A stretch of DNA of 64,000 nucleotides, taken from positions 57,090 through 121,089 of the forward strand of contig JBGASW010000006.1 of assembly GCA_044229475.1 (NCBI GenBank). The letters run 5' to 3'. Numbering within the stretch: position 1 is the first letter of the stretch; each line of letters begins with the position of its first letter. Made by a program: the position numbers and the translations under genes. Positions 10,487 to 21,176 of the stretch are shown here, in pieces. The notes beneath the pieces were generated by a model. It saw nothing but the letters and a program-made list of their open reading frames with translations. It was not told the DNA's origin and did no database searches. The stretch is from Thermoanaerobaculia bacterium (GTDB lineage: Bacteria > Acidobacteriota > Thermoanaerobaculia > UBA5066).

Positions 10487-11817
10487 TCCGGTTTCTTGAC
10501 GACCTTGCCGCGCGAGATCACCGCGACCGTCTTCTCCATCACCTTGATGTCCGTGAGCGGGTCGCCCTTCACCGCGACGAGGTCCGCGACGCAGCCGTCG
10601 GCGAGGCAGCCGAGCTTGCCGTCCTTGTGCGGTCCGAGGAGGTCCGCGGCCACGGTCGTCGCCGTGCGCAGCGCGTCCCACGGCGTCATTCCCCACGCGA
10701 CCATGAACGAGAACTCCTCGGCCTGGTTGCGCTTGTCCCAGGCGAAGCCGCCGGCGTCCGTTCCGAACGCGATCGGGGCTCCGGCCTTGTACGCGCGCCG
10801 GAACGAGTCCTGCGACGCGGCCCAGAGCTGGTCCCAGATCGGGTTCGTCTTGCTGCGCGGGCCCTTCACGAAGTCCGCGACGGTGATCGTCGGGCAGTAG
10901 GCGACCTTCTTCGCGACCATCGTCTTGACGGTCTCGTCGTCGAGCACGTCGCCGTGCTCGAGCGAGTCGACGCCCGCCTGGAGCGCGATGCGATGGCCGG
11001 TCGGCGTCATCGAGTGCGCCGCGACCTTCTTCCGGAGGCGGTGCGTCTCGTCCACGATCGCGTTCATCTCGTCCTGCGTGAAGTTCGGGATCGAGGCCCA
11101 GCCGCCGTCCGGCGTCCGGTAGTACGAGCCGTCGGCGTAGACCTTGATCCAGTCGACGCCGTACTGCGCCTGATAGCGCACGGCCTTGCGGCATTCGTCG
11201 GCGCCGTCGCACTTGAGGACGCCGTCGGGCATCTTGCGCTCCCACGAGAAGCCGAGGAGCGGGTAACGGCCGGTCGGCGTCATGGCCGGCCCGGCGGCGA
11301 AGACGCGCGGCCCGGGCACGACGCCGCGGTCGAACGCCTTCCTGAGGTCGACGTCCGTGAAGCCCGCGCCCTCCGAGCCGAGGTCGCGCACGGTCGTGAA
11401 CCCGTGGTCGAGCGCGATGCGCCCGGCCGCCGCGGCGCGGAGCGCGCGGTAGGGCGTCGACTCCTTGAGGACCTGCTCGTCGTATTCCTCCGAGGTCGCG
11501 TCGCCCTGCAGCAGGAGGTGCGTGTGCGCGTCGATGAGCCCGGGGAGACAGGTGTAGGAGGAGAGATCGAGAACGGACGAGGGGGAGGGAGATTCGGAGG
11601 AAGATTTCTTAGAAGGTGAAGAGGGCGGATGCGCAGCGGCGGCGCTCGCGGCCTCGACCCTCGCCACCTTTCCACCTTCGAAGAAAATCTCCACATTCGT
11701 CTTCGAGACACGGCTGCCCGGATCGAGAAGGGTCCCGCATTTCACCGTCAAGCCGGATTCGGCTGCGGCGAGCGGCAGGCTCAGCACGGCGGCGAAGAGC
11801 GCGAGGCGGATTCGCAT
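10483..11817 (-). CDS. secreted amidohydrolase (Xaa-Pro dipeptidase-like)
   Basis: Signal peptide; PGLIDAHTH, GFTTVRD, FGTDAG motifs. Confidence 0.9.
   Translation of the reverse strand: MRIRLALFAAVLSLPLAAAESGLTVKCGTLLDPGSRVSKTNVEIFFEGGKVARVEAASAAAAHPPSSPSKKSSSESPSPSSVLDLSSYTCLPGLIDAHTHLLLQGDATSEEYDEQVLKESTPYRALRAAAAGRIALDHGFTTVRDLGSEGAGFTDVDLRKAFDRGVVPGPRVFAAGPAMTPTGRYPLLGFSWERKMPDGVLKCDGADECRKAVRYQAQYGVDWIKVYADGSYYRTPDGGWASIPNFTQDEMNAIVDETHRLRKKVAAHSMTPTGHRIALQAGVDSLEHGDVLDDETVKTMVAKKVAYCPTITVADFVKGPRSKTNPIWDQLWAASQDSFRRAYKAGAPIAFGTDAGGFAWDKRNQAEEFSFMVAWGMTPWDALRTATTVAADLLGPHKDGKLGCLADGCVADLVAVKGDPLTDIKVMEKTVAVISRGKVVKKPD
11606..11616 (+). repeat. TTCTTAGAAGG intragenic motif, copy 2
   Basis: GATTTCTTAGAAGGTGAA within a Ser/Pro-rich segment of the amidohydrolase. 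Confidence 0.6.
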
Positions 11818-11857
11818 TTGACGGAGGCCCCCTTCCCGAGCAGGATGAGGGGGGATT

Positions 11858-12418
11858 ATGAGCCGCGCGGAGGAACTTCGTCAGGCCCGCGAGCGCATGG
11901 AGGCGGTGCGCGCCGGGATCTACGAGGCCGTCGAAGGGCGGTCCGACGCCGAGCTCCTCTGCCCGCCCGCGGACGGCGGCTGGTCGGCCGCGGAAGTGCT
12001 GGACCACATCGGCACGGCCGAGCGCACGCTCGTCAAGGCGCTCACGAAGCACGAGAAGGGCGAGCCCACGCGCGTGCCGAAGTACGCGTGGTGGTACCGC
12101 CTCCCGATGTCGCCGGTGTTCTGGAAGATCAAGTTCCGCGCGCCGAAGCTCGTGCGGCCGCGCCCGCGCTCCGAGGTGAACCCGCGCGAAGTCGTCGCAG
12201 GCCTCAAGGAGAGCCGCGCCGCCCTCCTCGCGATCGCGGATCGGATGGGCGAGGAGCGCTTCGCGGAGATGGTCTTCCCGCACTTCCTCCTCGGGCGCTT
12301 CAGCGGCGTCGACTGGTTCACGTTCCTCGCGAGGCACGAGGGAAAGCACCTCGGCCAGATCCGGCGCGTCCTCGCGGGGCCCAAGGTCCTGCGCTGCGGC
12401 GGCGCGAAGACGGCCTAG
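11858..12418 (+). CDS. DinB family protein
   Basis: WSAAEVLDHI and H..KHLGQI motifs. Confidence 0.85.
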   Translation: MSRAEELRQARERMEAVRAGIYEAVEGRSDAELLCPPADGGWSAAEVLDHIGTAERTLVKALTKHEKGEPTRVPKYAWWYRLPMSPVFWKIKFRAPKLVRPRPRSEVNPREVVAGLKESRAALLAIADRMGEERFAEMVFPHFLLGRFSGVDWFTFLARHEGKHLGQIRRVLAGPKVLRCGGAKTA

Positions 12419-13242
12419 CTCTCCGGCGCCGGCCGGACCGCTCCGAGGGCGGCGCGGATCGCCTCGACGAGAGCTCCCGGAGGCGCGTAGGTCGGGTGCG
12501 CCCGGAAGACGCCCGTTGTCTCGTACAGGGTCCGCAGCGCGTCGTAGGCGGCCGACGCTTCCTGGCGCGTGACGCGTGGAGCGAGGGGCTCGGCGCGCGC
12601 GTGGGCGCGGAGAGCGGCGAGTTGCCGGTCGCAGCGGCAAGGCACGTCCGGGCTCACGAGGCCGCACGTGCTCTTCAGGAAGCCCTCGAGCCGTGCACGC
12701 GCGCGGGACAGCCGCTTGCGGTGCGCCGCGGGCTCTATCTCCGCGACCGCGGCGGCCTCCTCCGACGAGAGTCCGAACACGACGTCGAGAACATAGGCGA
12801 GCCGCTGGTCGCGGTCGAGTGCCATCAGCATCCCCTGAGTGCAGTTCACGGCGACGTCGCGCGCCTCCGCTTTCTCCTCGGGGGTCAGGAGGGTGCCGCG
12901 TCCCGCCGCAGCGCCGAAGGCGAGACCCGCCTCGAGACGCGTGCCGATCTCCTCGAGCGACACGGTCTCCCGCGTCCGGGTGGCCGCCGTCATGAGGTGG
13001 TTGTGCGCGACGCGCCAGACCCACGTGCCGAACGCGGACTCCCCGCGGAAGCTGGAGAGACGCGTGACAATCTTGAGGAGAATCTCCTGACACGCGTCGC
13101 GCGCGTCCTCGCGGTTTCCAAGGATGCGCACGGCGAGGTTGAAGACACCAGGCTGCACGGCGACGACGACCTCGTCGAGCGCCGCCAGGTCCCCGTCGCA
13201 GGCCTTCGCAAGGAGCTCGGGTTCGATGTCGGGGATGCGCAT
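12415..13242 (-). CDS. ECF sigma factor with Cys-rich C-terminal extension
   Basis: DARDACQE, FRGESAFGTW (region 2), RKRLSRAR (region 4), then CGLVSPDVPCRC. Confidence 0.88.
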   Translation of the reverse strand: MRIPDIEPELLAKACDGDLAALDEVVVAVQPGVFNLAVRILGNREDARDACQEILLKIVTRLSSFRGESAFGTWVWRVAHNHLMTAATRTRETVSLEEIGTRLEAGLAFGAAAGRGTLLTPEEKAEARDVAVNCTQGMLMALDRDQRLAYVLDVVFGLSSEEAAAVAEIEPAAHRKRLSRARARLEGFLKSTCGLVSPDVPCRCDRQLAALRAHARAEPLAPRVTRQEASAAYDALRTLYETTGVFRAHPTYAPPGALVEAIRAALGAVRPAPES

Positions 13243-13251
13243 CGACGGAGT

Positions 13252-13989
13252 CTATTCGGCGAGCGCGACGCGATTCGTCGCGAGCGTGGAGGGGGCCAGG
13301 ATCGGCGCGTCGAACCACTCGATCTCCGCATCCTGGCCGTACCGCTGGCGCGCCTCGTCGTGCCAGGCGCGGCTGTAGTGACGTTCCGCGTCCACGCGGC
13401 TCACCCAGAGGTCCACGCCGCCGAAGCGGCCAGCCCCGTCTAGGACGAAGGCCTTGCGCAACAGGCCGGGCACCTTTCGATACGTGGGGACCGCGGCCTC
13501 GAAGTTCTGGATCATCTTCTCGCGAGACGCCCCGGCCGGAACCGGGAGAAGCACGAGCGAGGCGACGGCCGTGGACGAAGCGTTCGCCGGAGTCCCTCCC
13601 GGCGTGTTGTCGAGGACGATGGGTGCGTCGAAGAAGCGCACTTCTCCGGGCGTCTTTCGCTCGCGCTGGACCCGCACGAACCACTCGGGGCTGAACCACG
13701 CCTCGGCGCTCGCGCGATCGGTCCAGAGGTACAGGCCCCCGTAACGGCCGTCGGCGGTGAGGGAGTAGATCTTGTAGGCGAGACCCGGGATCGACTGGTA
13801 CTGGGGAATGGTCTCCCGCATCTTCCGGACGACGGCCGAGCGCGGCGCGTACCAGGGCTTCTTCACCCGGACGATCGTGACGACCGGAGTCGCAGCGGTT
13901 TCGGCTGGCGCCGGGGACGGCCGGGCAGGGGCAGCGACGGAGAGTGCCAGGCCGGCAGTCAGAAGGGTCGCGGCGCGGGGGCTCGGCAT
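13252..13989 (-). CDS. exported protein with tandem YdhR-like (putative monooxygenase) domains
   Basis: Signal peptide; repeated unit Y..IPGLAYK...YGGLYLW / Y..VPGLLRK...FGGVDLW. Confidence 0.75.
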   Translation of the reverse strand: MPSPRAATLLTAGLALSVAAPARPSPAPAETAATPVVTIVRVKKPWYAPRSAVVRKMRETIPQYQSIPGLAYKIYSLTADGRYGGLYLWTDRASAEAWFSPEWFVRVQRERKTPGEVRFFDAPIVLDNTPGGTPANASSTAVASLVLLPVPAGASREKMIQNFEAAVPTYRKVPGLLRKAFVLDGAGRFGGVDLWVSRVDAERHYSRAWHDEARQRYGQDAEIEWFDAPILAPSTLATNRVALAE

Positions 13990-14040
13990 GGGGTCCTCCT
14001 TCGCGGGGCGCGGTCGCGCCTCGCAAAGGTTTGGACCCGG

Positions 14041-14670
14041 TCAGGCCGGTCCTTGTGACCGGGGCCCGTCGAAAAGCCGGGCGATCCTGAAGCTCGCGTA
14101 CGCGAAGAACGGGGCCGCGAGGACGTCGATCGTGTAGTGAACGTGCTGCGCGAGGACGGAGATCCCCACCGCGGCCGTGCAGAAGAGAAAGAGCGCCTTC
14201 GACCGCCGGCCCGGCACGGCGAGGGCCAGCAGGAACAGCGTGGACGTGTGGCCCGAGAAGAAGAGGTCCTTCGTGAGGAGCTTCCCCGGCCCGAAGAGGC
14301 GCACGAGCGGGTCGTGGAGCGGGATCATTCCGGGCGGCGCCTCGAGCGGCGTGACCCACATGGCGGCCATCCGGAAGATCACCATGAGGACGTAGGCCTG
14401 GAGCGCGACGACGAGCGCTCGCGGATCGGCCGCGAGGCGCGCGACGCCGAACGCGAGGCCGAGGTAGATCAGCGAGAACGTCAGCCACGTCAGGTCGCGC
14501 GGTGCGAGGAGCGCGAGCACCGGGTCGGTCAGGACGGCGCCCGGCCGCGCCTCGACGAACGTGAGGAAGCGCGCGAGGAGCGCGAGGACGGCGACGAGCG
14601 CGGGAACGGTGAGGGCGAGACGCAGCCGGAAGCGCGGGTCCCGCCAGGCCTCGGCCCAGGCCGCGGCCAC
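14041..14670 (-). CDS. PAP2-superfamily membrane phosphotransferase, sphingomyelin-synthase-like
   Basis: DLFFSGHT and HYTIDV motifs; about 6 TM helices; GTG start. Confidence 0.8.
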   Translation of the reverse strand: MAAAWAEAWRDPRFRLRLALTVPALVAVLALLARFLTFVEARPGAVLTDPVLALLAPRDLTWLTFSLIYLGLAFGVARLAADPRALVVALQAYVLMVIFRMAAMWVTPLEAPPGMIPLHDPLVRLFGPGKLLTKDLFFSGHTSTLFLLALAVPGRRSKALFLFCTAAVGISVLAQHVHYTIDVLAAPFFAYASFRIARLFDGPRSQGPA

Positions 14671-14680
14671 CGCCGTCCGC

Positions 14681-16117
14681 CTAGCGCGCGCCGCGGCCGG
14701 AGAGGACCGTCGGGATCGTGCGCAGCAGGATCTTCGCGTCGAGGGCGAGGCTCCAGTTGTCGATGTAGGCGAGGTCGAGGTTCGTCCACTCCTCGAAGCG
14801 GGGAATCTCGTTCCGGCCGGAGACCTGCCACAGGCCCGTGACGCCCGGCTTCATGGAGAGCCGGCGGCGCTGCCATCTCTCGTAGCGCGCGACCTCCTCG
14901 GGGAGCGGCGGGCGCGGCCCGACGAGCGACATCTCGCCGCGCAGGACGTTCCAGAGCTGCGGGATCTCGTCGAGCGAGAAGCGGCGGATGAGCCGGCCGA
15001 ACGGCGTGAGGCGCGGGTCGTGTGCGGACTTGAAGACGGGGCCCTCGTGCTCGTTGAGGTGCGCGACCTCCGCGAGGCGCTGCTCGGCGTCCTCGACCAT
15101 CGTCCGGAGCTTCACGAGCGTGAACGGCCGCCCGTTCAGGCCGACGCGCGTCTGCCGGAAGAGCGCGGGGCCCTTCGACGTGAGCTTGATGAGGAGCGCC
15201 GCGAGCGTGACGGGGACGACGGCGACCGCTCCGAGGACGAGCGACAGAAGGACGTCGACGGTGCGCTTGGCCATCATCGCGGCGCTGTCGTCGGGCGTCG
15301 TCGAGAACGTGAGGAGCGGCGTCCCGTCCAGCTCCTCGAGCTCGACGCGCGCGAGGACGTGCGGGAAGAAGTCGAGGACGAGCCGCGTCTTGACGCCCAT
15401 CTCCTCGCACAGGAGGAAGAGGTCCTCCATCTTCGGGAGGTCGCCCCGGTCCACGGCGAGGAGGACCTCGTCGACGCTGAACTCCGTGAAGACGCGGGGG
15501 AAGTCCGCGAGCGTCCCGAGGTAGGGCACGCCGTTCGACGTCGTCGTCTCGCCGGGCTCGAGGGGCTTCTCGCGGATGAGGCCGAGGAGCTTGAGGCCCC
15601 ACCACGGGTGGTCGCGGATGAGTTTCGCCATCGAGGCCGCGCCCGGCGTGTCGCCCACGAGGACCACCGTCCGGAAGTTGAAGCCGAGGGCGCGCACGCG
15701 CCGCGCGACGAGGCGCACCGTGACGCGCTCGGCGACGAGGAGGAGGAGGTTCACGACGAAGAACGCGGCGAGGAAGGGGCGCGAGATGAAGTCCCAGCGC
15801 GCGCCGAAGACGACGAGCGCGAGGAGCACCGATCCGAAGAGGGCCGTCCGCGCGACGAGCGCGACCTCGTCCTTGAGCGCCTCCGTTCGGCGGCTGCGGT
15901 ACGCCCCGCCCAGGAAGAACAGGGCCGTCCAGATCAGGACGATCGGCCCAACGAGGACGAGGTACATGTTGAAGTCGTAAAGGGCGGTCAGGCTCTTCAC
16001 GAAATGCGGAACGATCTCGCTCCGAAGGAGATACGCCACCGGCAGCGTCGCGAGGGTGACGCTGATGTCGGCGGCGTACAGGAGGGCCGCAATCGTCCGG
16101 GCCTGTTGCTTCAGCAT
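14681..16117 (-). CDS. priming undecaprenyl-phosphate sugar phosphotransferase (WcaJ/WbaP-like)
   Basis: KLRTM, DPRLT, SLDEIPQLWNVLRGEMSLVGPRP, KPGVTGLWQVSGR. Confidence 0.93.
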   Translation of the reverse strand: MLKQQARTIAALLYAADISVTLATLPVAYLLRSEIVPHFVKSLTALYDFNMYLVLVGPIVLIWTALFFLGGAYRSRRTEALKDEVALVARTALFGSVLLALVVFGARWDFISRPFLAAFFVVNLLLLVAERVTVRLVARRVRALGFNFRTVVLVGDTPGAASMAKLIRDHPWWGLKLLGLIREKPLEPGETTTSNGVPYLGTLADFPRVFTEFSVDEVLLAVDRGDLPKMEDLFLLCEEMGVKTRLVLDFFPHVLARVELEELDGTPLLTFSTTPDDSAAMMAKRTVDVLLSLVLGAVAVVPVTLAALLIKLTSKGPALFRQTRVGLNGRPFTLVKLRTMVEDAEQRLAEVAHLNEHEGPVFKSAHDPRLTPFGRLIRRFSLDEIPQLWNVLRGEMSLVGPRPPLPEEVARYERWQRRRLSMKPGVTGLWQVSGRNEIPRFEEWTNLDLAYIDNWSLALDAKILLRTIPTVLSGRGAR

Positions 16118-16178
16118 CGGGGCGGACCCCGGCGAGGGGTCATGGGGATGCTAGCAAGTGCCGCGAAAACGCGCTTCC

Positions 16179-17279
16179 TCACGCGTCCGAGAGGGCCTTT
16201 TCGTAGGCGTCCGTGACTTCGTCCCACCGGTAATGCTTCCGGGCCCGCCGGCGGGCGGCCTCCCCGGAGTGCCGGCGGAGCTCGGGGTCGGCGAGCAGGG
16301 CCTGGATCGCCCGGGTCAGCGTCTCCGGGCGCACGGCGTCGGCGTAAAGGGCTGCGGTCCCGGCCGTTTCACGGTTCTCGGCGGTGTCGTGGACGACCAG
16401 AGGCCGGCCGAAGCCCATGGCCTCGAGGAGCGCGGGATGCGTCCCGCCGACCTCGGTCGCGTGGACGTAGACGGCGGCGTTCGCGAGGAGCTCGCGGTAG
16501 CCCTCTCCGTACAGGGCGCCGGGCAGGAGGACGCGCGGGTCCCCCGCGGCCTCGGCCTTCACGGCCGCGACGAACGCGTCGGCGTACGGCGCCCCGCCGA
16601 GCATCACGAGGGGAGCCGCGCCCGGCACTCCGCGGTACGCGCGCACGACGGCGTCGGCGTTGTTCTCGGGCTCGAAGCGCGAGACGTAGAGGACGTAGCC
16701 GCCCGGTGAAAGGCCCAGGCCCCTGAGCGCCGCCGTGCCGGAGGGCTCGGCGAGGTCGGAGCCGTACGGGACGTAGAGCGAGTCCTGGCCGTACGTGTCG
16801 CGGTAGTACGCCTGGATGGCGCGCGCGTCCGTCACGAGCACGTCCGGCAGCACGCAGCTCAGGCGCTCGGACACGGCGTACGCGAGGCGGCCGGCGGCGT
16901 TCCACTTCCGGCGGTTGCGCTCGAGCCCGTCCACGTTCAGGACGACGCGCGTTCCGGCCCCGAGGAGGCGCGCGAAGCGGCACGCGAGCGCGTTGACGCC
17001 GTTGCACACGAGGACGGCGTCGTAGCCCTGCGCGGCGGCATGGAGGCCCGAGAGGGCCGTGTGGACGACGGTCTCGAAGTACTTGTGCCGCACCGTCGGC
17101 AGGAACACGACGCGGGCGCCGCGGTGGAGGGCGACCTCGCCGGCCGTCCCGCCGTGCCGCGCGTAGACGGTCACGTCGTGCCCGCGCGCGGCGAGGCGCG
17201 CGGAGAGCTCCTCGGCGAACGTCTCGAAGCCGCCGTAGGCGGCCGGAACGCCGCGCGTCCCGAGAATCGCGATCCTCAC
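16179..17279 (-). CDS. GT4 glycosyltransferase (DUF1972-like N-terminus)
   Basis: IAILGTRGVPAAYGGFETF, RFEPENN, GGTHPALLEAM; GTG overlaps the upstream stop. Confidence 0.88.
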   Translation of the reverse strand: MRIAILGTRGVPAAYGGFETFAEELSARLAARGHDVTVYARHGGTAGEVALHRGARVVFLPTVRHKYFETVVHTALSGLHAAAQGYDAVLVCNGVNALACRFARLLGAGTRVVLNVDGLERNRRKWNAAGRLAYAVSERLSCVLPDVLVTDARAIQAYYRDTYGQDSLYVPYGSDLAEPSGTAALRGLGLSPGGYVLYVSRFEPENNADAVVRAYRGVPGAAPLVMLGGAPYADAFVAAVKAEAAGDPRVLLPGALYGEGYRELLANAAVYVHATEVGGTHPALLEAMGFGRPLVVHDTAENRETAGTAALYADAVRPETLTRAIQALLADPELRRHSGEAARRRARKHYRWDEVTDAYEKALSDA

Positions 17280-18301
17280 GCCTCGATCCTCGCGCCGCGC
17301 GGGTCGTCCGTGAACCAGCGCGCGAGGTCCGCGTCGGACACCGTGCGGCGGCCCTGGATCTCGGCGCGCTTTTCGAGGAGGCGCGCGCGGTTCTCGGCGA
17401 GCCACCGGAGCGCCTCGAAGGACGTGCGCTCCACCGTCAGGCAGCCCCCGACGACGAGGGCGTCGCGGAGGAAGGTCCGGAAGAACGTCGCGCGGAGGTG
17501 CGCCTTCCCGGCGTTGTTGATCCGGAGGAGGAAGCGGTTCTTGACGGAGTGGAGGTTCGCGAGGGGGGACATTTCCCGGCGCCGCTCCGGGAGGTTGCGG
17601 CGCCGGTGCCACGCCACCGCGGAGGGGACGCAGCGCGCGGCCCAGCCCCGTCCACGCAGGCGCCACGCGAGGTCGACGTCCTCGCGGTAGACGAAGAAGT
17701 CGTCGTCGAAGAAGCCCGTGGAGATCCGCACGTCGGCGAGCGCCTCCGTCCGGAACAGCACGGCGCAGCCCGAGGCGCCGAAGATCTCGGCGGGCCGGTC
17801 GAACCTCCCGTCGTCGGGCTCGCCCGCGCCGACGTCGAAGTGGCGCCCGTTGGGCGTCATGCGGATTCCGACGCTGTCGATCACGGACGTCGGCGTGAGG
17901 TCGGGCCCCTCCGCCCGGAGGATCTTCCCGGTGAACGCCGCGACGCGGGCGTGCTCCGGACGCCCGGCCTCCGCGAGAAGCGTCGCGACGAAACCGGGCG
18001 CGAGGACGACGTCGGTGTTGAGGACGAGGACCCACGGAATCCCCCGCTCGACGGCCTTCGCGATCGACCGGTTGTGGCCGCCCGTGTACCCGAGGTTCTC
18101 GCGCGACGGGAAGACCTCGAGCGGAACGGGCGCGATCTTCTCGAACGCCGCGAACGTCGCGCGCGTCCCGTCCTCGGACGCATTGTCGACGGCGGAGACG
18201 GCGAGATCGCGGAACGACTGCGCGAAGAGCGAGGGGACGAGCCGCTCGGCGTCGCGGGACTCGTTGTGCGTCACGAGCGAGACGAGGACGCGCGCCGTCA
18301 T
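17276..18301 (-). CDS. GT2 glycosyltransferase
   Basis: VDNASEDG, NLGYTGG, LNTD, YREDVDLAWR; ATGA overlap with upstream gene. Confidence 0.88.
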   Translation of the reverse strand: MTARVLVSLVTHNESRDAERLVPSLFAQSFRDLAVSAVDNASEDGTRATFAAFEKIAPVPLEVFPSRENLGYTGGHNRSIAKAVERGIPWVLVLNTDVVLAPGFVATLLAEAGRPEHARVAAFTGKILRAEGPDLTPTSVIDSVGIRMTPNGRHFDVGAGEPDDGRFDRPAEIFGASGCAVLFRTEALADVRISTGFFDDDFFVYREDVDLAWRLRGRGWAARCVPSAVAWHRRRNLPERRREMSPLANLHSVKNRFLLRINNAGKAHLRATFFRTFLRDALVVGGCLTVERTSFEALRWLAENRARLLEKRAEIQGRRTVSDADLARWFTDDPRGARIEA

Positions 18302-19242
18302 GCGGCCCCCGGGAGAAGGGCGGAGCGCCAGCCGAGACCGAGGAGGCCGCGGATCACCCGGACCTGGGCGCGCGCACTCTCCGCGCGCGGGTGGTCGCCG
18401 CCGACGAAGGGAATGAGCACGAGCCTCAGGAGCGCGCCCGAGAACGTCGCGGCCCACGCGAGGGCGCGGAGAGGAAGGGACGCGTGCCGCGCGAGGTAAC
18501 GCCGCTCGTTGCGGACGTAGAGCGGCCGGAAGTCGCTCCACGCGAGGGAGTCCATCGCGACGCCGCCGACGTGCGTCGCGACGGCGGACGGGACGTAGCG
18601 GATGCGGTGGCGGCGCTCGAGGAGCTTGGCGCAGAGGTCCACGTCCTCGAACCACGCGGGAGCGAACGCCGGGTCGAAGCCGCCCACGGCTTCGAAGTCC
18701 GCGCGCCGCACGAGGAGGGCGGCGGCGGCCGGCTGCTCGACGTCGAAACCCTCGTTCCGCGGCCGGTCGAGGTACCGGTCGCGAAGCCGCCAGGGGTTCG
18801 AGGGAAAGAGACGGTCGAACAGGAACGCCTCGCGGACGATCGAGCCCGCGTGCGGGAGGCGCCGGAGCTGGAAGAGCTCCTGCCCGGCGCCCTCGAGGCG
18901 CGGCGCCACGGCTGCGACGCCCGGGTCGACGTCGAGGGCCTCGAGGAGAGCCGCGAGCGCGGAAGTGCCGTCGACGAGCGCCGCGTCCGGGTTCAGGAAG
19001 AAGATCGTCTCGGAGGGGCCGCCCTCCTTCGCCGCGAGGTTGCAGGCCGGGCCGAACCCGAGATTCGCTCCGGCCTCGACGACGCGCGCGCCCGCGGCCC
19101 GGGCGGCCTCCGCCGACCCGTCCGTGGACGCGTTGTCGACGACGACGACGGGCACGCCGGACGGGACGGAGCGGATCGCCGCCGGCAGGTGCGCGGCGGA
19201 GTTCCACGACACGATCGCGACGAGGACGCGGGGGGCGGTCAA
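18298..19242 (-). CDS. GT2 glycosyltransferase
   Basis: VVDNASTDGS, NLGFG, LNPD, WFEDVDLC; TTG start inferred. Confidence 0.85.
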   Translation of the reverse strand: MTAPRVLVAIVSWNSAAHLPAAIRSVPSGVPVVVVDNASTDGSAEAARAAGARVVEAGANLGFGPACNLAAKEGGPSETIFFLNPDAALVDGTSALAALLEALDVDPGVAAVAPRLEGAGQELFQLRRLPHAGSIVREAFLFDRLFPSNPWRLRDRYLDRPRNEGFDVEQPAAAALLVRRADFEAVGGFDPAFAPAWFEDVDLCAKLLERRHRIRYVPSAVATHVGGVAMDSLAWSDFRPLYVRNERRYLARHASLPLRALAWAATFSGALLRLVLIPFVGGDHPRAESARAQVRVIRGLLGLGWRSALLPGAA

Positions 19243-19314
19243 AGCGGTTCGATGATAGTGCGCGGGGCGTGCTGCTTGAATCCCGGCGGCGCGCCCGACA
19301 GAATGCAGGGCTGA

Positions 19315-20601
<1,287 letters not shown>

Positions 20602-20605
20602 GGGG

Positions 20606-20956
20606 TCAAGCCCGCGCGCTGCGGATCTCGGCGAGGAGATCCGCGACACCTCGCTCCTCCGCGAACCGCTCGAGTGTTGCGTAGTCCAGCTTCTCGCCCT
20701 GCGCGGCGATGAGGGCGCGGACGTCGCGCACGTGCTTCGAGGATCCGCCCTCCTCGGCGGGCGGACAGTAGTACTCCGGGCCCGAGAACGCCTTTCGAAG
20801 CTCTCCTGGAGAGGTCACGCGCACCACGACGTCCACGTCCGCCGTGAAGCGCGGTTCGGCATAGAGCATGCTCGCGACCGAACCCGTAACCATGTACGTG
20901 AGTCCCGCCCGGTTCAGCGGCGCGACGAAGAGGTCGATCAGGTCGGCGTCAGGCAC
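20606..20956 (-). pseudogene. nucleotidyltransferase-family protein (toxin-like), apparently internally deleted
   Basis: YMVTGSVAS...EPRFTADVDVV N-terminus joined directly to EGGSSKHVRDV C-terminus; only 116 aa. Confidence 0.6.
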
Positions 20957-21176
20957 GCAGGAACTGCCGGCGCACTTCTTCGAGGACCTGCTCGTCGGTC
21001 CAGTCGGGATGCTCGGCGCGCAAACCGGCGCGCTTGACCTCGCGCGCCGTCCGCTGGAGCGCCTGTGCAACCGCCCAGCGCTCGTCCGGCGTCATCGCGG
21101 CGAAGCGCCGCATCTGCTCCGGATCGGGAGCGTCGTCGGGCAGCCGGTGTGTCGTCTCGGACGCGGCGGAAGCCAT
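20949..21176 (-). CDS. small antitoxin-like protein
   Basis: 75 aa, AMTPDER...GLRAEHPDWT; overlaps the NTase start by 8 nt. Confidence 0.65.
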   Translation of the reverse strand: MASAASETTHRLPDDAPDPEQMRRFAAMTPDERWAVAQALQRTAREVKRAGLRAEHPDWTDEQVLEEVRRQFLRA

